From Octopus bimaculoides (lineage: Eukaryota), in assembly GCF_001194135.2 (NCBI RefSeq), contig NC_068981.1, positions 76,130,454-76,184,292 on the forward strand: 53,839 nt of DNA. Direction: 5' to 3'. The position numbers were made by a program, and so were the translations under genes. Positions 13,211 to 25,339 of this stretch are shown here, piece by piece (the stretch's first letter is position 1; each line of letters opens with the position of its first letter). Below the pieces are notes generated by a model. The model was given only the letters and a program-made list of their open reading frames with translations, ran no database searches and was not told where the DNA came from.

Positions 13211-14250
13211 TTCTGAATTCAATTGTGTTGTTGCAATAAAAGGTGTGTTTACGTATTTGGGTAATATATTAAAGTTTTTAAGTTTTCTTGAGATGTTTAT
13301 TTGTCTGTCCACTTGAAGAATACAGTAGGACTTTTGTAATGAAAAGGATGTTTACATTTTCGAATACTCAGGGAGAGTCAAAAAGAAAAGAAAACAAGTT
13401 GTAGACAGTAATGTTTTAAGATTTACTAAATATGATCTTTTGTATGACCACAGAGAGAGAAATAGTAGTGTTCCTAGAATAAAAAGGAAGATCGTTTGTG
13501 TGTTAGAAAGCTGTAGGTATGTAAGTTTCTTAACTTATTTTATTTTGAGGGAAACTGTAGATATTCCAGTCTTTGGGAATAGTAGGAGGAAGAGATGCTA
13601 ACTTTGTTGGATTTTTGAATTTCTGAATTTCTTTTTTTTTTCTTTTGGAATTTTTCTTTTCTCTTTAAAAGTTTTGCTGTGGTTTACAGTTTTTGTAGTT
13701 GTGCAGTGTGTATATATCGTGCATTTAATTGTGTTGTTACGATGAAAAGCTTTTTTTACATATTCTGTTAATCAGGGAAGAAAGGAAGAAAGGAAGGCAA
13801 AGTGTTCACAAAAAAATGGAGATGTTAAAGTTTCTAAATTTTTGAGGTGTTCGTTTGTATGTCTGTTCAGAGAAAACTGATGTTCTTTTGTACAATAAAA
13901 AGGATGTTTACATTTTCGAATATTCAGGGGAAAAGGAACCAAAAGAAAAGGGAGGTAAACATTTTTTCACAGGAAATTGTAGGTATGAAGTTTTAAAAAT
14001 TTACGGGAGATAATCTTTTCTCTGTCCGAACAGAGAAAACTCTAGTGTTCTTGGAATAAAGAGGATGATTACATTTTCGAATACTCAAGGGGAAAGGAAA
14101 ATTGAAAGGTATTCACAGAAGGTGTAGATATTAATGGTTTTAAAGTTGATTGTTTATGTGTTCGAAAGTTGTAGATATGTAAGTTCCTTAACTTATTTTG
14201 AGGGAAATTCAAATTACTCACAAGAAACTCCAGGATATTCCAGTCTTTTA
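13211..14250. repeat. Degenerate complex tandem or patchwork repeat
   Basis: ggatg(t/a)ttacattttcgaata(c/t)tca occurs at ~13346, ~13902 and ~14063. gaaag(c/t)tgtag(g/a)tatgtaagtt(t/c)cttaacttatttt occurs at ~13504 and ~14164. gatattccagtcttt occurs at ~13560 and ~14234. Confidence 0.75.
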
Positions 14251-14365
14251 GATTTATTTTTCAGTTGTCCTGCATGGGTTGTATTAGTGTTTCTGTGTCT
14301 TCAGCTGTTGACAGATCAGAGCACCGAAGAACACGTCCAGCCGCTGGCACGTCGAAAAGGCAGTG

Positions 14366-14367
<2 letters not shown>

Positions 14368-14417
<50 letters not shown>

Positions 14418-14576
14418 GTTCAGTAGTTTTATTTTTATAACGTGCTTTCACTTCACTACCGAGCGCAGCTCTATGCGCCTTGGTTATGTGCTGTGGTTTG
14501 CTGTGGTGCTCTTATGTTTACTGTATTGAAAGTGTTTTGCGTAGTGCAATTTTCTGTATGTTATATATATTTGTAA
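14368..14576 (-). mobile_element. R4/Dong-type LINE 3' end: C-terminal codons, 3' UTR and (TAA)n tail
   Basis: Minus strand reads TNIYNIQKIALRKTLSIQ*, then a short UTR ending ataaaaataaaactactgaac, followed by (AAT)n at 14368-14418. Confidence 0.75.
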
Positions 14577-14779
14577 NNNNNNNNNNNNNNNNNNNNNNNN
14601 NNNNNNNNNNNNNNNNNNNNNNNNNNNNNNNNNNNNNNNNNNNNNNNNNNNNNNNNNNNNNNNNNNNNNNNNNNNNNNNNNNNNNNNNNNNNNNNNNNNN
14701 NNNNNNNNNNNNNNNNNNNNNNNNNNNNNNNNNNNNNNNNNNNNNNNNNNNNNNNNNNNNNNNNNNNNNNNNNNNNNNT

Positions 14780-14907
14780 ACTACTACTACTACTACTACT
14801 ATTGTTATTATTATTATTGTAATTGTTATTGTTATTGTTATTATTAGTATTAATTATTATTATTACTGTTGTTATTGTTATTGTTATTATTATTTTTATT
14901 ATTATTA

Positions 14908-14950
<43 letters not shown>

Positions 14951-15065
14951 CATTATTATTATTCTTATTCTTCTTCTTATTATAAATATTATTATTATTA
15001 TTATTATTAATGATGTAGTTGCTAATGTCACTGTTGTTGTTGCTCTTGTTGCTGTTGTTGTGTTC
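14780..15065. repeat. Compound (CTA)n/(TTA)n/(TTG)n microsatellite
   Basis: Direct reading. Confidence 0.95.
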
Positions 15066-15474
15066 ATGTTTCTTTAAGAATCTCCGTCGTAATGGTGTAC
15101 TTGGATGCTATAACATTATCTGAATTTTGCCTTATCTCTTTTGTACGGATTTCTTATTTTCAATTACTCTCACGAAATTGGTTTCACCAATTCACTCGAA
15201 AGCATACCCTCACTGAATAGTTCATCGGAGGAATTTGGATCATTTTCAACCAATGTGAATATGGCCGTAGTAAAAAAAAAATGCATTATATACAGAGAGC
15301 AGTAGTAAATGATATTGAATTTGATTCTCGATTACAGGTTATAAAAGTGATAATTTTGAAATGTTTGCATAGAATGAAGTTGTATAGGATGCCAATTTTG
15401 GGCATATGAAATTTGTATCGGAAATACGTGCATTGCAACTAAAATCAATACTAGTTCGATACAAATATATGTAC

Positions 15475-15507
<33 letters not shown>

Positions 15508-17060
15508 NNNNNNNNNNNNNNNNNNNNNNNNNNNNNNNNNNNNNNNNNNNNNNNNNNNNNNNNNNNNNNNNNNNNNNNNNNNNNNNNNNNNNNNNNNNNN
15601 NNNNNNNNNNNNNNNNNNNNNNNNNNNNNNNNNNNNNNNNNNNNNNNNNNNNNNNNNNNNNNNNNNNNNNNNNNNNNNNNNNNNNNNNNNNNNNNNNNNN
15701 NNNNNNNNNNNNNNNNNNNNNNNNNNNNNNNNNNNNNNNNNNNNNNNNNNNNNNNNNNNNNNNNNNNNNNNNNNNNNNNNNNNNNNNNNNNNNNNNNNNN
15801 NNNNNNNNNNNNNNNNNNNNNNNNNNNNNNNNNNNNNNNNNNNNNNNNNNNNNNNNNNNNNNNNNNNNNNNNNNNNNNNNNNNNNNNNNNNNNNNNNNNN
15901 NNNNNNNNNNNNNNNNNNNNNNNNNNNNNNNNNNNNNNNNNNNNNNNNNNNNNNNNNNNNNNNNNNNNNNNNNNNNNNNNNNNNNNNNNNNNNNNNNNNN
16001 NNNNNNNNNNNNNNNNNNNNNNNNNNNNNNNNNNNNNNNNNNNNNNNNNNNNNNNNNNNNNNNNNNNNNNNNNNNNNNNNNNNNNNNNNNNNNNNNNNNN
16101 NNNNNNNNNNNNNNNNNNNNNNNNNNNNNNNNNNNNNNNNNNNNNNNNNNNNNNNNNNNNNNNNNNNNNNNNNNNNNNNNNNNNNNNNNNNNNNNNNNNN
16201 NNNNNNNNGCATGTTTTTATAGGGTGAAAAAGCCAATGACGCAGAGCGCGAGGAAGGTCGATAATTTATATAAGTTACGTTTGCCTGGAAATTTTGCAGC
16301 AAAATTTCTTTAATGTATTTCAGCAAAATCATATATAATTTCACCATTTTTATTCTATTTTTTTTTCTATTACTGTTATTCGAACTGTATTTTAATTCAT
16401 TTTTTTTCTAGAATCTATTGTCTACGATTGGCTAAAAATTTCTGTCCTTCGATTTCCTTAGTTTATATCAGAGATTTTTTTCTCCCTTCTTTTTTTAGCA
16501 ATAGACACAATTGACATTCGATCGTTGACAGAAAACGTGTCAGATACCGCACTTTTTTGTCCTCATTTCTTCCTGATATTGATATCTAATAGAATATCAT
16601 CACGCCAGAATTAAACACTGTTTCACTCATAGGGTTCATTCAGTATTCTCTAAAGTATTTCAAGATTCATTTAAACATGTTTGTTGAACATTCAAAAGAT
16701 TTTAACATTTCTTTTTTCATTTCAGTATTTAGTACCAATTTCTTTATTCTTTATCTATTGCTGAAGTATGAATCATAGGGAAACCGCGTCTTCTAAGGCT
16801 TCAACGTACTGCAGATTTCATGTGACATGAGTTTTCTATGATTGACTCATGATGAGTAATGCCACTGTTCTAGGTTTCGGATGATGCTTTCCTGCTGGTT
16901 GGGCTGGAAGACATACATACATACATACATACATACATACATACGTACACACATACATACATATATGCATTCATACATACGTAGGTACGTATGTATGTAC
17001 TTTCGTACGCACATACATACATACGTACATGCATACATACATACTTAAATACATACATAC

Positions 17061-17470
17061 AACAAGCATATTGCTCACAATACCTTTGCAGTGCCTGTTC
17101 TCACGCCAACGTATGGCATTCTGAAGTAGTTACTACAAGAACTCAGTGAGATAGCGGTCGCACTTGCAAATTGCTCAGTGTTACAGGAAACTTTAACAGC
17201 AATGGAGATATAGACAAGTCAAGGGAACTTAAAAAGTAAAACAGCCATCAAGTTAAAACACAACCGCCCAGATATTGTTTTGGAGGGCTTCAAGGAATGA
17301 TACGCTCTGTTGCGGAAATCAGCTTCACCTTCCACGCGAACATGGTTAGGAAATTACAAGAGCAAGGGGACATCTCTGAACCGTTCACAAGGCGTTTGCA
17401 TATCCAGTACCCGAAATACACTTTTAGTTACATAGCTATTATTGGAAAAACCGGACTCAGAGCAATCTGT
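17061..17470 (+). mobile_element. Old R4/Dong-type LINE fragment with a large internal deletion
   Basis: NKHIAHNTFAVPVLTPTYGILK..ELSEI..CKLLSVTGNFNSNGDID (RT C-terminus) is joined directly to KTAIKLKHNRPDIVLE..PKYTFSYIAIIG (endonuclease). Confidence 0.75.
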
Positions 17471-17703
17471 CCAGAATGAAGTCTGGCTGAACTTCCATTC
17501 AGGGGAAAAAATACAATCCTTAATTCATGCATTACAAATAATCACGATATCTGGGATCATAAAAAAATTCAAAATATTATGATTTAAAAGATAATGAACA
17601 ATACAAGATGCTTTCTTTCACAACCTTGCTACAAAGCAGGTGGTCTATAAAATTTATTCAAACTGAAAAAAAAAGACAGAAAGTGAATATGTGTACAGAT
17701 ATG

Positions 17704-17737
<34 letters not shown>

Positions 17738-17763
17738 CATGAATCTCTATNNNNNNNNNNACG

Positions 17764-17794
<31 letters not shown>

Positions 17795-20700
17795 ACACAC
17801 GTACATATATATGTATACATATATGTATATATGTCGAAATATCAGTGTCTATCACTTCTGAGCCGTATCTGGAGTGGATTGTCTTGCCTGTCTATGACTT
17901 TCAGATGTTTTAACCAGTGCAATGAGGAAGTTGTCCTTGAAGTGCATTACTGGAGCGAACCGTATTACAAAAAGATAAAACAAAACAAAACAACATATAA
18001 CATACATATTCATTTCTATATTTATTTTCTCTCACTGTGTCACTGTGTACTCTTCTTAACGCTGAACAATCTTTTCCTCACGAAATAAAACCTCATACAA
18101 ATATTTATAGATTGATTATTCATACCCCGTGATTCACCATACACCGTTATATAGCGCTCGATTCTATGCCCAACTCATAAAATCACTGATTTTTATCTCC
18201 TAAATGTTCTCACAGTTTCGATTTTCATTTGGAATCAGGTTTGCCCAAGTATTCATGAACGTGATTCGACACTTCTCGTTATATAAATATAACTTCCTTA
18301 GTCATACTGCAAAATATATAATATGACTCCACTCGAAGATAGTATTGTGAGGCAACTACTTTTTCTATATTCTGGTGAATAGCATTTCATAATTTTCTTT
18401 TTTCCGATGAGCAAAGTGAGAGAAAATTATTTTCGGAAATATCCAGAAATTGATTAAATTGCATTTTGTCAGAAATCTGGAATAATCATTCATACTGAAA
18501 CAAAATTTATATGCAATCCCATATTTGAATACAAACATACGTGCATACATATATATAGGTATGTATGCAAGATAGCTGCTATGAATTAGAAACCCCCAGA
18601 CATATATATTATACACACCACATATACAGGCACACACACACACACACATAGACACGCACATATATATGTGTGTTTGTTTATATATTAGTATATATATATA
18701 TATATATATNNNNNNNNNNNNNNNNNNNNNNNNNNNNNNNNNNNNNNNNNNNNNNNNNNNNNNNNNNNNNNNNNNNNNNNNNNNNNNNNNNNNNNNNNNN
18801 NNNNNNNNNNNNNNNNNNNNNNNNNNNNNNNNNNNNNNNNNNNNNNNNNNNNNNNNNNNNNNNNNNNNNNNNNNNNNNNNNNNNNNNNNNNNNNNNNNNN
18901 NNNNNNNNNNNNNNNNNNNNNNNNNNNNNNNNNNNNNNNNNNNNNNNNNNNNNNNNNNNNNNNNNNNNNNNNNNNNNNNNNNNNNNNNNNNNNNNNNNNN
19001 NNNNNNNNNNNNNNNNNNNNNNNNNNNNNNNNNNNNNNNNNNNNNNNNNNNNNNNNNNNNNNNNNNNNNNNNNNNNNNNNNNNNNNNNNNNNNNNNNNNN
19101 NNNNNNNNNNNNNNNNNNNNNNNNNNNNNNNNNNNNNNNNNNNNNNNNNNNNNNNNNNNNNNNNNNNNNNNNNNNNNNNNNNNNNNNNNNNNNNNNNNNN
19201 NNNNNNNNNNNNNNNNNNNNNNNNNNNNNNNNNNNNNNNNNNNNNNNNNNNNNNNNNNNNNNNNNNNNNNNNNNNATATATATATATATATATACCCGAC
19301 AGTGCCTTGCTTTTTGAAGAAAATATTTCCCTGTTGATTTTGCCATTTTCACTCACCTGAGAAAGTGAACCAGCAGCGGAATTTGGAACGATTATTTCTG
19401 TAATGAACAAGTATGCTCGTCTGGAAGAAGCGTTGTACTTGTCGGCTCTAGAATCAAGATGAACATGGCTTAAATAAACCACCATGTTTGGAAGAAATTT
19501 GTCTACACGCACGCAATCCACATACATACTCACACACAACGGCATTTACATACAAATATGATCAACCAATAGATACTTTTTAAGAGTTTCAAACTCCCTT
19601 CAACATAAATTGCAACTTAAATGGTAATTTGCAATTTACCCCAAAATTTCTCGGCATTTCATTTTCCTATTTTTATTATTTAATTCTTCTTTTTGTACGG
19701 TCATTTGCATTGCGACAAACTCCAAAATATTTGTGTACCAATATTATACACAATACACACGCGCGAACACACTCACACAGACATAGACACACACACATAC
19801 ATATGAGTATGCTTGTATATGGGCAGTTATAAATCCATATTTATTTGTGTATGCATATATGTGTATGTATACACATAAACCTATACAGAGACAACACGCG
19901 TTACGAAATATCAATTTGTGTATGCCTAAACGATCATGTAGATATTATTATTCTCTTTGGGTAAATCTACAAATTATCGATCCATATGCGAAATGAAAAA
20001 CTCTCTGCACAACTGTTTAAATATTTTGTCTACGGCATATAAAACATTTCGTAGTTTTAACTGTTAGTAAACTTATTGCCCACCAGGGGACCATAAATGG
20101 ATATGTTCTTCATGTTAGCAAAGCACTTAACACTAATGCAGATGTATTCTTTGTTCGCTGTTGAGGACTTTGTCACCTAAGAAAAATTAGTTTTGATATA
20201 AGTATAAAAATCAATATTTTTGTAACCTAATTCTTAATTTTTGTAATTATACCCATCATTCTACGCGAACGTTAGGTACCATATTTTTGTATTGTTCCTT
20301 TAACGAAAATTCAGACTTTCTTTTGCATAAGTTATTCACAACACTTGTATTATTTGTAAATGTAAAGCAAAAGGCGGTATATTGCGATGTTTCGTTCGGT
20401 ACAAAATATTTCCTTCTGTACTTCCTGGCCTAAAAGTTCTGAATAATTTCCTATCCTTCACCTAACATGACCTGCTGGGCACGCCAAAGAAAATAATTAA
20501 GAATAACAGAGCTCATGAGTAAGAAAAGAGGTTGCAGTACTAACAGTATTCTTAGAATTTCTGTACGTAAGGTCACAATATATTTCTAATAGGTTTATTT
20601 ATCGTTGCACTACATGACAGAGATTCAATGATTTTTTCCCCTTCCTCTGCTCTTTTGTCAGTATTATTTATCTGTAACAAAACGGAATGCAATAAACTAC

Positions 20701-22269
20701 ATGTTATTAAAAAGACCGGATCAAGGGCTATAATGTAAAATTCCTCAAGGCATATATGTATCCTTGTGTGTGCTTCTGTGCGCCTCTGTGTATCTATGCA
20801 TGAAAGTCTTTATGTATTCATGCACGTATGTATGTAGGTATGTACGCATATATGTACGCATGTATGACAGTATGTACATATACATATATACGTGTACATA
20901 TAATATATATATATACATATATACGCACATACTTATACAAATACGTATGAAAGTATGTACGTATATATATATATATATATATATAAATATACATAAATAT
21001 ATATACACATATATACGTACATACTTATATAAACATATATATGTATATATATATTATATACATTTATATGTATATATGTATACATATATATNNNNNNNNN
21101 NNNNNNNNNNNNNNNNNNNNNNNNNNNNNNNNNNNNNNNNNNNNNNNNNNNNNNNNNNNNNNNNNNNNNNNNNNNNNNNNNNNNNNNNNNNNNNNNNNNN
21201 NNNNNNNNNNNNNNNNNNNNNNNNNNNNNNNNNNNNNNNNNNNNNNNNNNNNNNNNNNNNNNNNNNNNNNNNNNNNNNNNNNNNNNNNNNNNNNNNNNNN
21301 NNNNNNNNNNNNNNNNNNNNNNNNNNNNNNNNNNNNNNNNNNNNNNNNNNNNNNNNNNNNNNNNNNNNNNNNNNNNNNNNNNNNNNNNNNNNNNNNNNNN
21401 NNNNNNNNNNNNNNNNNNNNNNNNNNNNNNNNNNNNNNNNNNNNNNNNNNNNNNNNNNNNNNNNNNNNNNNNNNNNNNNNNNNNNNNNNNNNNNNNNNNN
21501 NNNNNNNNNNNNNNNNNNNNNNNNNNNNNNNNNNNNNNNNNNNNNNNNNNNNNNNNNNNNNNNNNNNNNNNNNNNNNNNNNNNNNNNNNNNNNNNNNNNN
21601 NNNNNNNNNNNNNNNNNNNNNNNNNNNNNNNNNNNNNNNNNNCTCTCTCTCTCTCTTCGTGTGTGTGTATGTGTCGGTTTTGAGTGTATGTGTGAATGCG
21701 TGTGTGTAAGTGAGTGTATTTATATGTGTGTGTTCATTCTCACATATATGCTTACGTCACACACACACAAACACACACACAAGTATATCTATGCAAGTAT
21801 ATATGATATAATTATTTATTATGTAAATTCTTCCTATACATAAATGAGCTAGTTGCTAATAAATAAACGAAGTTGTATTGTTGTATATATACTATTTTCA
21901 AGTCGATACAAGTTTGGCGTATATAATTAGTTTTCTGTAAACATTATTTGTAACGTACAAATCTGCTGGTCATCTTTCATTTGCGCCTGGGATCCCTAGA
22001 TATTCAAACGAATTACTTAGACATTTATTTGTAATTGGTATCTAAAATCTGGGTGGAAAATCATATTCAGCAGTAGTTTGTAATTATTCTCTTCCTCACT
22101 GATAATGTCGACTGAAATACAAGTATTTATGTAAATACATAGATCCATGAATGCATGAATGGTTTGTACATATTCAACTACAGGAACTGGTGGCTCATTT
22201 TTGGGGTGGACTTGGTTGTAGTTTCCACAGAGTTTGAGGATTAAAGTAGCAGAAGCTGGTACAGATTTG

Positions 22270-24350
22270 ATCGGATTAGTAAAGAGTAACGTTTACAATT
22301 ATGTATTTGTAAGTGAATACTTGCTCATCCTCAACGCTTACTATATATACCAAGGGAGGAGTTTCTTTCTTTTTCTTGTGTATGCGTGTTTCTGGTTTAC
22401 TCTTATTAGATAGGAGGACACTTAAATACACATGCTCAACCTTATGGTAGTCTTCCTGCTGTATGCGACTCACAGATACTGCACTCTAGCTACACACTTA
22501 TACTCAGCATAGGAAGAATACATTTTTACTTTTAAACATGCAATCTGGTTTGTTCGAGTGATTGTTTTCTCTCTCTTCTGCAAGTCGCTTTTATCCTGTC
22601 TAAGAAATCAATTTTTTTTTCGTAGATGACGTATTTACTTATTTGAGCTAACTAAATGTCGTAGATGTGAGGATATTTCGACGTCGTTTTGCTATAGTTT
22701 TCCCGTCTTCCATATTTAACGTAAATGTCGAAAAAAATCTTGTCTATAATTCCGAGTATTGTTGGCATTTATGCACGTGATACGTTTGTGTAGTTCAGAG
22801 CGATGAATGTTTATATATTCTATCAGAATTATATTGTTTCCTAAGGAGAGAAACGCTACTTTCAGTAAAACTACTTTTAATTTATTTGTTTCAGGTTATT
22901 TATTTGATCTATTGAAATTATAACAGTATGTGTGAAAAGTGTTGGGACGATTTGATTTCATATCTGCATATATATATATATANNNNNNNNNNNNNNNNNN
23001 NNNNNNNNNNNNNNNNNNNNNNNNNNNNNNNNNNNNNNNNNNNNNNNNNNNNNNNNNNNNNNNNNNNNNNNNNNNNNNNNNNNNNNNNNNNNNNNNNNNN
23101 NNNNNNNNNNNNNNNNNNNNNNNNNNNNNNNNNNNNNNNNNNNNNNNNNNNNNNNNNNNNNNNNNNNNNNNNNNNNNNNNNNNNNNNNNNNNNNNNNNNN
23201 NNNNNNNNNNNNNNNNNNNNNNNNNNNNNNNNNNNNNNNNNNNNNNNNNNNNNNNNNNNNNNNNNNNNTGTACACATTCGTTAGGTTTCTTACATAGGGG
23301 CCTAATACTCTTACCTTAGACTTTTTGAGGAGCAACCAAATCAAACCATCTCAAGTCTAACTGCCCGAAATTGTCGTGACGCCTGGCACTTGACTGACGA
23401 AAGAAGGCCACGAATGACCCGTCTTTTTTCAACTGTCCTAATTACTTCTCTTGTCCGCCTTTGTATCGTCTATTTGTCCGAATGTTTATGTTTTTATTGT
23501 CCTCTATTACGTTTTTGGTCCATCGATATATATATTTATATATATAGGGGCGGGGGGAAGTAAGAAGAGGAATAAGCGAAAATGCACATTGGAAATCAAA
23601 AAAAGTAAAGGCTTTTTATGAAAAGTAACGATAGATATATACAGTTAGATGAACTGAGGTAGGAATAAAAGTAATAAAAATTATTATTGTGAATTGTTAA
23701 AGAGATTGAAATGCATACTGGTTTCGTAAAGTCACTAATCACTGCATTGAATTTACACCGATTACTGAATGGTGTCAGGTTTACTAGTCCCTGGTTAAAA
23801 AATAAATTATGTTTAAGGGAGGTAAGTAGTTCTGGATTTGAGCTATGCATCATGATGGGGTCACATTTGAGCTTTCAGTTATGAAGTCTACTTATAACTT
23901 GACTCATCTTACTTATGAGGTATCGCTGGTATGCCAACTAATGTTCATGCGTGCAATACTTTTGTTAGGTGCTAAGACATATTGTGTCAAATCTTGCTCA
24001 GATAAATTTAGCCTTTTATAGTTTCGGGATACCAGAGCGCTGAGTGTGTATATTTTCTGTTAGTTTAATATCTAAATATAAATACCAGGTATGTACTCGA
24101 GTCGATATAATCGAATGTTGTGTTTCCCTAAATTCGAGGTCAGTACTTTTGTAAGAAATCCTTATTATTGTACTAATTGTGGATGCTAAGTTTAATCTCT
24201 CAAACATGGCTGTGTTTCAGGATAGTATCAAAATATGTTGGTTGCATCGTTTACTATATTCATATGTATCGCAGTTTTCTGCCTTCTTCTAAATAAATAC
24301 TCACTTAATGTTCAGTTTAGGGTTTTATTTAAGCTTTTGATTTACTGGAA
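22270..24350 (-). mobile_element. Possible fragmented Penelope-like element (RT-like piece followed by a GIY-YIG-like piece)
   Basis: Weak by-eye matches: ILPMLSISV*LECSICES..SRKTTIRL (22430-22530) resembles PLE endonuclease starts, and 23700-24350 has faint RT-C-terminal-like motifs upstream on the same strand. Interrupted by a gap and other repeats. Confidence 0.25.
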
Positions 24351-25035
24351 GTGTCACTTTGTCTCTTTCTTGACGTTTTTCAATATATTACGAAATTTGC
24401 GTTGATACTGTGTATATATTTGCTCTGTTGTTTTCAGTATCATCACACTGTAAGCCATTTATGGTGGGAAATATTGAAGCTATCTTTATCTCTTTTTTTT
24501 TTGTTCTTATTTCTTTATGTTCACTGATGTTCATGTTATGATTAATTTAGCTTCGTTGTTATTCATTTACATTTTCCATGTCATGCAATTGCGATATTAT
24601 TGTTATTACATGACAAGTCTTGTTGATTAGACATACGATCAAAATGTATCAGCCATATTCATATTGCTTTTTTTAAAAATTAGAGTCTGTATTCTCCTGC
24701 ATTGTCTTCATAATTTAGGATGGTTAAGTGAAATTTGTGAAAATTTGTGAACAGGTCCTATTCATGTGAAGCCAAACGATTCTGTATGCCTTAACTATAC
24801 TATGTGCAGTTTGGAACGGAGAACGTTGGCACCTAGATAATTGAGGTTCTTTCAGTGTGTTCAACATTCTATGGTCATTTATTGGAAGTTTAAATGCAGT
24901 TTTGCTGTTTTGTGTGTATCAGGAAATTATAATTATAACATTTAGATTCTCCTATTTAGATCTCCTAGTACCTGTTGGCAGTTACATACCAAACATTTAA
25001 CCATTTCTGTAGGTAACATTTGATATTCAGTGGTT

Positions 25036-25339
25036 CAGTATGGACCTGGAACTCGAAAGTGGATTGAGGATGATCTCAAGGAGTTGGACTGAAAGATGAG
25101 AAATCTCCTAATCATGCATGGAGCCTATCATCTACGTGCAGACTTTGAACATTTACACATGAAGATAGCAAGTTGAGGAAGGGGATTGATAAGTGTGGAA
25201 GAATGTGTGCATTTTGAACGAGGAAACTTGCTGAAGTATCTAAGTGGGGAAACCTTTTTAGTGAGTGTTAGAAATGAGTGTATATTGGAAGCAGGAGAGA
25301 AGAAAAGAATAAAACAAGTGGTTGAACAGTGGGACAGAG
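25036..25339 (+). mobile_element. Old R4/Dong-type LINE RT C-terminal fragment
   Basis: QYGPGTRKWIEDDLKELD*KMRNLLIMHGAYHLRADFEHLHMKIAS*GRGLISVEECV matches the LDRKTRKLLTMHGAxHPxADxxRLY...GGRGL pattern. Confidence 0.8.

Noticed and set aside
13211-14250. CRISPR-like array
   Set aside because: Spacing is irregular (hundreds of bp), the intervening sequences are themselves related, there are no cas genes, and the context is eukaryotic.
19357-19397. Minus-strand mini-exon EIIVPNSAAGSLSQ with good splice sites, resembling a KH-domain start
   Set aside because: It lacks the GxxIGxxG loop, is only 41 nt, and has no supporting partner exon.
19368-19474. Plus-strand GIWNDYFC, resembling a C-type lectin WND motif
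   Set aside because: There is an in-frame stop immediately upstream and no polypyrimidine acceptor.
23360-23430. CTGACGA with nearby GAAA as a second hammerhead
   Set aside because: No GAAA follows the stem, and the alternative topology cannot form stem III.
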